A DNA stretch of 27,521 nt from Octopus sinensis (taxonomy: Eukaryota). A model generated the notes under the pieces. That model searched no databases and was not told where the DNA came from. It saw only the letters and a program-made list of their open reading frames with translations. Both the position numbers and the translations under genes were made by a program. This document shows, piece after piece, positions 11,023-20,949 of this stretch (position 1 is its first letter; every line of letters starts with the position of its first letter). The stretch spans positions 1 to 27,521 of the forward strand of contig NW_021833330.1 of the NCBI RefSeq assembly GCF_006345805.1, in the 5' to 3' direction.

Positions 11023-11162
11023 CACTGATGAAAATTTTGATTGATAGACGGAGGTCAACCCTGATCGAACAAGATTTAGACACAGACATCGTAGGCCCGT
11101 AGACCAGACAACGTGGCTCGACCCCCAACACATCAATCTCGTTAGATTTACCATAATTCCGC
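11023..11162 (-). CDS. Candidate internal exon (140 nt), product unknown
   Basis: Acceptor gagttttatgttcctcag|G and donor GTG|gtaagc; two frames open (RNYGKSNEIDVLGVEPRCLVYGPTMSVSKSCSIRVDLRLSIKIFIS or GIMVNLTRLMCWGSSHVV...); no recognisable homology. Confidence 0.3.
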
Positions 11163-11502
11163 CTGAGGAACATAAAACTCATTCCAAAATGCAAAGACGA
11201 ATCATGTGAACTGCGATGTGACTAGTTTGGCATATTGCACCGTCACCGTCGTCCATCAATGTTATGTTCACCGGAAGATTCTGGCGCGGGCCATGGCGGA
11301 TACTGGCGAAGTGGATTCACCCGTCTCATAATAGTTACTGTTCCTTGGCAATTATTGTTGACGGTATCCAAAAATCAATAATCTCGATTGGAATCAATTG
11401 GGATTATTGATTATTGGCTGTTGTAGTTATTTTCGCGTGTGCATTTCTAATGATCTCTCTGTTTAAATAGGAGAGATACATTTTTATTACGATGTTGTTG
11501 TT

Positions 11503-11983
11503 GTTCTTCTTCTTCCAATCAGGATTCACGCCATTAACCACAAAGAATAATCTCTAATTCGAGGCTACTCTAAGCTACTAAGGATGCGTGTGGCAACTTG
11601 GAAACCCACCCACCACACGCGATAGACTGGCGGTTGCACGGGCGCGAAAGCTACGTTGTTATCCTCATTCCGTAAAAGGTGGCTTTTAACGGGTGGAGAG
11701 CTGAACCATCCTGGGGTACAGAGGATTCGCAATCTAGACTAGGGTCTGAAAGTTTACCACACCATAGTGGGTTACACCGTGGTTCCTCTGCTTTGTGGCA
11801 GAAAGAGTGAGAGAAAGTTGTGGTGAAAGAGTACAGCGGGGTTCATCCCCCCACCCCACCGGAGCCTCGTAGGCTTAGGTGTTTTTGCTCAATAAACACT
11901 CACAATGCCCAGTCGAGGAATCGAAACCGCGTTCTTACGACCGCGAGTACGCTGCCCTAACCACAGAGCCATTGCGCCTCCAC
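11503..11983 (-). mobile_element. SINE-A with tail type 2, full length
   Basis: Homologous to 6669-7120; 13-bp TSD CGATGTTGTTGTT (11490-11502, 11984-11996). Confidence 0.92.
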
Positions 11984-12012
11984 CGATGTTGTTGTTCTAG
12001 TGTTCGGGTGTG

Positions 12013-12321
12013 AAGGCGCGTGGCTTAGTAGTTAGGGTATTTGGCTCGCGATCGTAAGGTCGCAAGTTCGATTCTCGGTGGTGCGTTGTGTTCTTGAGCA
12101 AGACACTTTATTTCACGTTGCTCCACTTCACTCGGCTGGCAAAAATGAGTTGTACCTGTATTTCAAAATGACAGCCTTTCTCACGCTGAATCTCCCTGAG
12201 AAGTACGTTAAGGGTTCATGTGTCTTTGGACTACTCAGTCACATGCACGTTAATTTCACGACCAAGCTTTTCTGTTGATCGTATTAACTGGAACCCTTGT
12301 CGTCGTAAGCGATGGAGTACC
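12013..12321 (+). mobile_element. SINE-E: different tRNA head and CORE-like body with tail type 1
   Basis: A-box TGGCTTAGTAG, B-box GTTCGATTC, cttgagcaagacacttt body; tail from 12149 homologous to 2488-2685; TSD AGTGTTC(G/T)GGTGTG 13/14 (11999-12012, 12322-12335). Confidence 0.85.
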
Positions 12322-12387
12322 AGTGTTCTGGTGTGTTCTATATGTGTCTGGATGTGGTTTTCCTATAGTAAGAAGTACTGTATGCAA

Positions 12388-13045
12388 GGCGGCGAGCTGG
12401 CAGAAACGTTAGCACGCCGGGCGAAATGCTTAGCGGTATTTCGTCTGTCGTTACGTTCTGAGTTCAAATTCCGCAGAGGTCGACTTTGCTTTTTATCCTT
12501 TCGGAATAGATAAATAAAATACCAGTTGCATACTGGGGTCGATGTAATCGACTTCATTCGTTTGTCTGTCCTTCTTTGTCCTCTCTGTATTTAGCTCCTT
12601 GTGGGTAGTAAAGAAAAAGGTATTTCGTCTGCCGCTACGTTCTCAGTTCAAATTCAGCTGAGGTCGACTTTGCCTTTCATCCTTTCAGAATCGATGAATA
12701 AAGCACCAATTACGCACTGGGGTCGCTGTCATCGACTTAATCCCTTTGTCTGTCCTTGCTTTTCCCCTCTATGTTTAGCCCTTTGTGGGCAATAAAGAAG
12801 AAATAAGAAACGTTAGCACGCCGGGCGAAATGCTTAGCGGTATTTCGACTGTCTTAACATTCTGAGGTCAAATTTCGCCGAGGTCGACTTTGCCTTTCAT
12901 CCTTTCAGAGTCGATAAATTAAGTATCAGCTGCGTACTGGAGTCGATCTAATCGACTGACCCTCCCCTCCCCAAAATTTCGAGCCTTGTGCATAGAGTAG
13001 AAAAGAATATTAATTTCAGTGTAAGGCGGCGAGCTAGCAGAAATG
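12388..13045 (+). mobile_element. SINE-C head-to-tail trimer plus a fourth head stub
   Basis: Head GGCGGCGAGCTGGCAGAAACGTTAG, B-box GAGTTCAAATTCC; units restart at ~12621, ~12808 and ~13024. Confidence 0.9.
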
Positions 13046-13177
13046 TTTGTCGTTGTTTTTGAGTAGAAGGTATGTACGCTCTATGTGAGTCCTGTTATTG
13101 TTAACCTACTATTGTAAACCTGTAATTTCTTGAATTGTTGGATTATTGTTATTACTTGAATTTGTTGGAATTTTTAT

Positions 13178-13645
13178 TTGTCTTCCCCATTTATGGGCGA
13201 AGTTGTGAAGAACATCATTATGGAGAATAGACAAGTGCAAACAGGCAGTTATGCTGCGGTGACTGGGAAAAACCTGTCAGCGGAGCTACTGCAGGTCCGT
13301 GAAATAGAAGTCAAAGACAAGGACTTCAAGAAATACAACACCTTGTTGAGAAAGGAGGGAGAGAGTCTCAGACTGAATGAAATCGAAAGGGATAACGAAT
13401 TTGAGACAGAGAAAATTGTGTCGAACGAAGAGAGTGGTGAAAAATATCATAGAAAGATACCTACAGGGAGAAATTTCTGAAACCTCGTAGAATAGGAAAA
13501 AAGCGTTGAAATTGAAAAGAGGGTAACAAAAATGAAAAATGTTATCAGAGTGAAATTGGCAAACTTAGAAGGTAAGAAGGGCGTGCTGTTGGGGCGGGAA
13601 AGAGGGGAGAGATTAGTAGAACTGTTTGAAAAAAAGGAGTTGTAA
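13178..13645 (+). pseudogene. Decayed ORF, possibly a retrotransposon ORF1/gag-like remnant
   Basis: 100-codon ORF with GSYAAVTG and a K/E-rich helical composition; the same frame continues through two stops for ~50 more codons (EKSVEIEKRVTKMKNVIRVKLANLEGKKG...). Confidence 0.35.
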
Positions 13646-13772
13646 TATCATGACTTCAGTTTAGATACGACAATTTGCCACCTGTTGTAATTTTCGACGA
13701 TCTTATGCAATATCTGCTGTAATTGTTCAAAAATCGAAAAAGAAAAGCTAGTAAGCGATTACATCTTCATTT

Positions 13773-14208
13773 GGATCTTTTCGGTTTGAACGGCAGTTTT
13801 TTCTAGCGGTGTCATATGAAATTGTCACCCATAATTATGACCTTAGTATCGATCTATTGCATTTCAATCTGTTTTAGGGTTAGGGTTAGTTAGGGCTAGG
13901 GTTAGGGTTAGGGGTGGGAGTAAGGGTATCTTTTTTCTTCAGAAATGTAAATAAACCCAATCTGTTTCTTAAACGAGAGACATATTCATACAGCACAGAA
14001 TGTTTTCACCCCAAATGGACGTCATTGATTGGTTGAAATTGCAGAAATTGAAGAAAAAAACAACAAATATCTTACAAACCATAGAATTTTCTCAATAAAG
14101 CCAAGAGAAAAAGATGTTTATAAACACATTCTACCAGTATACGAAGATTAAAATTTTTTAGTTACTGAGAAATTATGTTAAAAACTGCCGTTCAAACCGA
14201 AAAGATCC
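13773..14208. mobile_element. Non-autonomous TIR element with internal TTAGGG repeats, related to 5740-6589
   Basis: Perfect 28-bp TIR GGATCTTTTCGGTTTGAACGGCAGTTTT; TTAGGG-like run ~13872-13915; 14018-14208 is homologous to the arms of the first element. Confidence 0.88.
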
Positions 14209-14321
14209 CATCACAGTCATAGTCCATTCGATATGTGTTTTATATGTATCCCAATGTCTTGTTTTGTTTGTCCTTGTGGTGTCTCCTCTTTATAAAGGGC
14301 ATGTGCCTAAATAAAAGAAAT

Positions 14322-14615
14322 CGAGCTAGCAGAAACGTTAGCACATACACACACACACACAAACACATACACAAATACACACACACACAAACACAAACAT
14401 AGATATATATATGTATGTGTTTGTGTGTCTATGTTTGTACCCCCAACATCGCTTGACAAACGATGCTGGTGTATTTACGTGACCGTAAAAGAGACCGATA
14501 GAATAAGTACTTACAAAGGATAAGTCCTAGGCTCGATTTGTTCAACTAAAGGCGGTGCTCTAGCATGGCCGCAGCTAAATGACTGAATAACTGAAACAAA
14601 CAAAGGAATAAAAAG
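14322..14615 (+). mobile_element. Chimera: SINE-C head stub, (CA)n, tail module D
   Basis: cgagctagcagaaacgttagcac runs directly into CA repeats, followed by module D (14420-14615). Confidence 0.6.
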
Positions 14616-15074
14616 ACTAATATATATATATATATATATCTGTATCTGTATACATATATATATGTGTGTAAGTGTGTGTATATATGTATATATATTATGT
14701 ATATATATGTATGCATATATATATATATCTGTATCTGTATACATATATATATGTGTGTAAGTGTGTGTATATATGTATATATATTATGTATATATATGTA
14801 TGCATATATATATATATATCTGTGGATTGCATGTGTGTGTGTGTACGTTCTATGAATAATTTTTTTGCAATTTATGTTTTTGTTTTCTTCTTGTTATTGG
14901 TTTAAATGATTATTAGAAAACAAACAGATACAAAAGAGATAATTAATTAAGGAATGAACAAACAAGCAGTGAATTAAAAATGTAAAAATAAACAGACTGG
15001 GGTGGGGGTGAGACAGACAGTCAGCTAGTCTTTCCATCCTCTCTCTCTCTCCTCTCTCTCTCTCACTATCTCAG

Positions 15075-15620
15075 GCGGAAGGGTAAAGAGATGCGAGAAT
15101 TCGAGGAGGAAGAAAATAATGGAAAATAAAAAGAAAGTAGAAGGAAAAATGAAAAGAAAAGAGAAAGGGAAGGGTGGGAGAAGAAAGAAAAAAAGAAGGC
15201 AAGGAAAAAGAAAGAAATGAAGTAAAGGGGTAAAGAAAAGAATGAAAAAATGAAATAAATAGAAAGGAAGTCAGGAAGGAATGAAGAAGTGTAGGAAGAA
15301 GGACGAAATGGAGTAAAGACAGAAAGAAGGAATCAGTGGATGAAAATGAAAGAAAGAAAGAAAAAAGGGAAGGAAGGAAGGAAAGAAAGAAAGAAAGAAA
15401 GAAAGAAAGACAGAAAGAAACTGAAACTGAAGAAACAGAAACAAATATAAGACCGAAGTAAAGAAGCGAGTGATGAAAGAATGAATTATCGAATGAATCA
15501 AAGAAAGAATTGAATGAATGAAAATAAAAGGAGAAAAAGAAAAAGAAAATATTTAGAAGCAAAAGAAAAAGAGAAGAAAATAAGGAATAAAGGAAGAAGA
15601 TACTGAAAAAATGAGCTAAC
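15075..15620. repeat. Purine-rich low-complexity (AAAG/GAA) tract
   Basis: Directly visible; produces the F/S/L-rich minus-strand ORFs. Confidence 0.85.
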
Positions 15621-15719
15621 AGTGTTTTCACTTTTATTTCGAACCTTTTTTTGTTAAAAATTGATTGTACAGGTCACCAGTTTGGAGGTGCATTGTCAAT
15701 TGTTTACTTTAACTTGTAG

Positions 15720-15801
15720 ATGTTTCGCCCATTTGATGCATGTTACGATGCTGGCAACAGTCGTATCATTTACACATAGTTTTTACACACACAGTTTACT
15801 T
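15720..15801 (+). CDS. Candidate internal exon (82 nt), product unknown
   Basis: Acceptor tttactttaacttgtag| and donor CTT|gtaaga; one fully open frame (R)CFAHLMHVTMLATVVSFTHSFYTHSLL, ending in phase 0. Confidence 0.2.
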
Positions 15802-16177
15802 GTAAGAATAACTGATATCGATTTAGCAAACAAAAGCCAAGAAAACTAGCGCTGGCTTGCGTCGACAAATATGATTTAGTGATGTTTGCAAATCATGCCA
15901 TGGGGAAATGAAGGTACTGGTGTTTCTAGCAAAAACTTTTATCGGAAATAAAATTATTACTTTATTTTATTTATTTATCTTTGTTTTTAAAATGTTCGTG
16001 TAGTACTAAATGCTCAGCTTCCATACTCATTTAAAATATTCCCCCATGGCATAAGACTTTATACAATTTTTTGAAATTTACCAAATAATATCGATTTGGT
16101 TGTGGCATTGCCATTTATCCCCGAGTCTCAGTTTAAAATTCTTTATTAAAACAGCCACCAGAAAACAACCCCAAACA

Positions 16178-16310
16178 GGTCGCTCGACCTGCTAGAAATA
16201 TCCACCAAATTATCTAAGATGTACCTTAACCCTACAATTTTTTAAAAGAAAAAGTTACACAGAACAATGTAGTTCTGATGGGCAAAAGAACGCAGCATGG
16301 CTACTGCTAA
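16178..16310 (+). repeat. Short dispersed repeat fragment (family G), copy 2
   Basis: Similar to 8699-8785. Confidence 0.5.
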
Positions 16311-16395
16311 AATTTATTTCATAATCAACAGGTTCCGAGTTCAATTCTACAGTTTGGAATCTTGAGCAAGATTTTTTTTCTTTTTGTTACTTCTA

Positions 16396-16562
16396 TGCAC
16401 AGGCGTGGCTGTATAGCTTAAAATGCTCCCTTTACAATCAAATGCTTTGGGGTTCAGTCCCACTGCACGGTACCTTGGGTAAGTGCCTTCTACTATAGTA
16501 CTGGGCTGACCAATACATTGTGATTGAATGTGGCAGATGGAAACTGCGTAGAAATCCGTTGA
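16396..16562 (+). mobile_element. SINE-B 5' module
   Basis: ggcgtggctgt head, B-box-like GGGTTCAGTCCC, ggtaccttgggtaagtgccttctactatag; homologous to 2174-2335. Confidence 0.75.
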
Positions 16563-16686
16563 ATATATATATATATGTCTTTACTCCATTTTGTGGCAAC
16601 TGTTATAGTCTGTAGTTCTATGGTGGATATTTTGTAATAGTTCTCTAGCTACCTCTGCCACCTTCGATACGATGTATTTATAATAA

Positions 16687-17082
16687 TTCTTTCTACTATA
16701 GGCACAAGGCCTGAAATTATGGGGAAGGAGCAAGTCAATTACATCGACCCCAGTACTCAACTGGTACTTTATTTATATACCCCAAAAGGATGAAAGGCAA
16801 AGTCGACCTCGGCGGAATTTGAACTCAGAACGTAGCGGCAGACGAAACACCTATTTCTTTACTACCCACATGGGGCTAAACACAGAGAGGACAAACAAGG
16901 ACAGACAAACGGATTAAGTCGATTGCATCGACCCCAGTGCGTAACTGGTACTTAATTTATCGACCCCGAAAGGATGAAAGGCAAAGTCGACCTCGGTGGA
17001 ATTTGAACTCAGAACATAACGGCAGACGAAATACCGCTAAGCATTTCGCCCGGTGCGCTAACGATTCTGCCAGCTCGCCACC
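16687..17082 (-). mobile_element. SINE-C head-to-tail dimer
   Basis: Head at 17082, second headless unit joined at ~16850, ending in the tgtgcctatagtagaaagaa tail. Confidence 0.9.
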
Positions 17083-17594
17083 TTGTATTGTATGTAATAA
17101 TAATAATAATAATAATAATAATATAATAATAATAATAATAATAATAATTACTATTGTTGTTGTTGTCGTTGTTATTATTATTCATTTTGTTCATCATGTA
17201 CAAGTGCATATGTATTCTTCATTATTTTAATTTATTCAAATTTAGAAAACTTGAAATAAGTCTTTGACAATTCCGAAGCGTATTGAACTTATTTTGTGCG
17301 TGACTTTTGGCCCATTGCATATATACATCATTTATATTTAGCGTAAAAAAAATGTGAGCTGCTTCCTATCTCTTGCCAAAAAAGTATATGTCGAATTAGA
17401 AAACAAACATGCATTTACCAAAATACAATAATATCTGTTTCAACACGCAATTTTAGTTCAATTCTCCTGCCAAAAATACATTTATTGATAATAATGGTTT
17501 CAACAGATTGGCACCAGGCCACATGTTTCTAATGGGGGATCGTAAACATACTCAATTGAATCGATCTTAACACATACACACACGCACGCACGCA

Positions 17595-17630
<36 letters not shown>

Positions 17631-17894
17631 CACTCACACACACGCGTACACATTTCGTTTTCTTTTTTCGCAATACTGGTAACGAATCTGAGACGGGAAT
17701 ATGATTCCTGATGGGATTTCAACTCAGATAGTCTTAGACCCGTATTCTGTCGTTTCTGACCCAATGTGGTCTGCAATGTCAAAAGTTCTAATGATAATGA
17801 TGACGATGATGATGATAATGAAGATGTTGATGATGGTGATAATGATGATGATGGTGATAATGATGATGATGATAATATAACCCTTGAAAATTTA

Positions 17895-18104
17895 AAAGCT
17901 TGAAATTTTGGATAATTGATTATATCGACCCCTGTCTTCAACTGGTACTTATTTCATAGACCCCCGAAAGAATAAAATGTAAAGTCAACTTCGTGGAATT
18001 TGAACTCAGAACGTAAAAAGACGGGTGAAATGCTGTTAGTTCTACCTTCGCATTTGATTTATTAATTTGTCTTGCATGCTAACAATTCTGCCAGTTTGCC
18101 ATCT
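17895..18104 (-). mobile_element. Decayed SINE-C monomer
   Basis: atcgacccc..caactggtactt..gtggaatttgaactcagaacgt..ttctgccagtttgcc. Confidence 0.75.
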
Positions 18105-18204
18105 TAATGATGACGAGGGCAACTTCGACGAAAATTAGAAATTACCAAGGTAGCTCTGTCCTACAAAAGAGTAGCTACACTTGATGTAATTACCTCGAAC
18201 TAAA

Positions 18205-18800
18205 GCGGTGAGCTGGCAGAAACGTTAGCACGCCGGCGAAATGCTTAGCGGTATTTCGTCTGCCGCTACGTTCTGAGTTCAAATTCCGACGAGGTCCACT
18301 TTGCCTTTCATCGTTCGGGGTCGATTAAATAAATACCAGTTACGCACTGTGTCGATATAATCTATTTAATCCGTTTGTCTGTCCTTGTTTGTTCTCTCTG
18401 TGTTTAGCCCCTTGTGGGTAGTAAAGAAATAGGTATTTCGTCTGCCGCTACGTTCTGAGTTCAAATTCCGCTGAGGTCAACATTGCCTTTCATCCTTTCG
18501 GGTCCGATTAAATAAGTACCAGTTGAGTACTGGGGTCGATATAATCGACTTAATCCGTTTGTCTATCCTTGTTTCTCCCCCTCTGTGTGTAGCCACTTGT
18601 GGGCAGTAAAGAAATAGAAATAGATATTTCGTTTGCCGTTACGTTCTGAGTTCAAATTCCTCTGAGGTCGACTTTGCCTTTGATTCTTTGGGGTTCGATT
18701 AAATAAGTACCAGTTACGCACTGGGGGCAATCTAATCGACTTAATCCCTTTGTCTGTCATTGTTCCCTCTATGTTTAGCCACCTGTGAGCAATAAAGAAT
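18205..18800 (+). mobile_element. SINE-C head-to-tail trimer
   Basis: tatttcgt unit starts at 18252, 18434 and 18625 (periods 182 and 191). Confidence 0.92.
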
Positions 18801-19254
18801 GAAATACAAATACTAAGATCCAACTAGGTTAGTTGTATTTAGTTTGCAGAACGTTCCTCATTTGATATGTATTTTCTTCCAACCACGTTCTTGATGTAAA
18901 TATAATTTAGTTACAATCGTAGCAGCAGTGATGAATATTCAGAGATAGCTGGAACATGGAATGGTTATGATTACGTTGAGCAGATACCATAAAATGAATA
19001 GAAACAATGCAGATTATAATTATATAACTATCAAACATGCGGCAATGGTATTTTATGGTGTTTCACTTAATTTTATCTTGTTAAAATTTATCTCATAACT
19101 TCTCAACACCTGCGACTTAATGCAATCTGTTTACAAGACGTTACCCTAATCACTATCCGTCATACGATGCACTTGTATAAACCGAACACATTTTTTATTC
19201 GCCACGAGGGCAACATGAATACACAAGTCTTAAACGTTGTACCTTAATAATAAT

Positions 19255-19609
19255 GTTTCACATTTTGGCAAAAAGGCCAGCAATTTGGAGAACGTTAGTC
19301 AAGGAAATCAATCTCAGTACATGACTGGTACTTCATTTTATCGATCTCCTGAACAGATAAGAGGCAAGGTCAACACCGTCAGTTTGAAGAAATATCGCCA
19401 TGAGTTTTGTTCGTTACGCTAATGGTTCTGCCAGCCGACCGCTTTTAAGAAATTAATAATAATAATGCTTTCTACTTACTATAGGCACCAGTCTTAACTT
19501 TTAAGAGAGGGAGCTTGTTGATTACATTAACGCCAGTGCTCAACTGGTACTTATTTTATCGACTCTGAAGGGATGAAAGACGAAGTCGGCTTCGGTGGAA
19601 TTTAAACTG
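19255..19609 (-). mobile_element. Two adjacent decayed SINE-C copies (19255-19443 and 19468-19609)
   Basis: actggtactt..ttttatcga blocks, ttctgccagcc head remnant, ggatgaaag..gaagtcggcttcggtggaattt. Confidence 0.6.
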
Positions 19610-19630
19610 AAATCATTAAACCGGAAATTT

Positions 19631-19909
19631 AAGGTGGCGAAATAGAAACAATTAGAAACAATTATTTAGTGATATAGAGTTGCTGTGGAACTGTGCCAGA
19701 CAAGGCGACGAAACTTTTGCCACGAAATAATAATAAGCGGCATTTCGTATGTCTTTACGTCGTGAGTTCAAATTCCACCGAGGTCGACTTTGCCTTTCAT
19801 CCTTTCGGGAGTCGATAAATTAAGTACCAGTTGTGTACTAGTATTGATCTAATCGACTGGGCCCCCTCCCACAAAATTTCGGACCTTGTGCATAGAGTAG
19901 AAAAGAATA
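19631..19909 (+). mobile_element. SINE-C monomer with a ~90-bp internal insertion
   Basis: Degenerate head aaggtggcgaaatagaaac, body resuming at ~19737; TSD AAACCGGAA(A/G)TTT 12/13 (19618-30, 19910-22). Confidence 0.75.
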
Positions 19910-20068
19910 AAACCGGAAGTTTGATCGAAGCCCTAATTTGTTCCGCCTCTTTACGTTCTCTGATCAAATCACACTGAAATCTATTCTTCTTTTCGGAATA
20001 ATATAAAGTAGCAGTCAAATATTAATTTCGACGGTATCGACTAAGAACTCGCCTCTCAAAATTGTTGC

Positions 20069-20148
<80 letters not shown>

Positions 20149-20229
20149 TAATTATGCAGATCTCTATAAATGAATTCTATATTATATGCTGGCCACTGAT
20201 AAAGTCTTTAACGATTGTATCTTTTATTA

Positions 20230-20432
20230 TTTCAAATTTTGGCACAAGCCCATTAATTACGGGGAAATGTGTAAATCGATTACAACGATCCCAGTGCTCA
20301 GCTGGTAATTATTTTATCGATTCGAATGGATGAAAGGCAATGTCGACCTCGGTAGAATTTGAACTCAGAGTGTAAATGACGAAATTCAGCTAAGAATTTT
20401 GCCCGACGTGATAATGATTCTGCCAGCTCGCT
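20230..20432 (-). mobile_element. Decayed SINE-C monomer
   Basis: ggcacaagcc...gatgaaaggcaatgtcgacctcggtagaatttgaactcag...gattctgccagctcgc. Confidence 0.8.
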
Positions 20433-20456
20433 GACGTGCATACCTTCATATGTCAA

Positions 20457-20914
20457 TCTATATATATAAAGCTGAAGTCGTTTGTGTGTGTGTGTGTGTG
20501 TGTGGCAGGCTTGGTATCCTTCAACTGACACTATCTCCTCTGAGACCCTGCAGCGCAAGTTGATCAAAATTGAGAATATGATAGAAGAAGGCTTGCTCTT
20601 CATTTCGTAGAAGAAAAAATTCAGATCGGACCATGTTAACACCGAAAATTATTTACATCAAAAAGGTGGGGTTTTTTCTATGAAAATCCCTATCTTTTTA
20701 CGATTTTTCGATTGCTGTGTTGCCATTTTTCGGTGTATTTTTTACAACAACTGAAGTCGGCATTACACATTTGCAGCAAACTCGAGCATCGCCACACTAT
20801 ACTTTCATTCATAGAGTGAAACGATGTCAAAACTTTGTTAACGCGACATCAAAGTCTGTCATTTTAAGCGCAACTAAAAAAGCAAACCCGAGCAACGCCG
20901 GGCTATACTGCTAG
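20457..20914 (+). mobile_element. Non-autonomous Helitron, copy 1
   Basis: A|TC 5' end, subterminal hairpin CCCG-A-GC-AAC-GC-CGGG (20887-20902), 3' CTAG|T, no TSD; shares its termini with 21914-22306. Confidence 0.85.

Positions 20915-20949
<35 letters not shown>

Noticed and set aside
11048-11209. Plus-strand frame containing QTTWLDP, reminiscent of a WW-domain end
   Set aside because: Lacks the first Trp and the aromatic YY/YF core; weak acceptor; it is the exact antisense of the minus-strand exon candidate
18205-18800. CRISPR-like or satellite array
   Set aside because: Units are ~185 bp with no unique spacers, there are no cas genes, the context is eukaryotic, and the units are SINE-C multimers
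18911-18992. Possible terminal exon YNRSSSDEYSEIAGTWNGYDYVEQIP*
   Set aside because: Only 26 codons, weak acceptor, phase-incompatible with the 15720 candidate, and GTWNG lacks the iGluR MIG continuation; unresolved without RNA data
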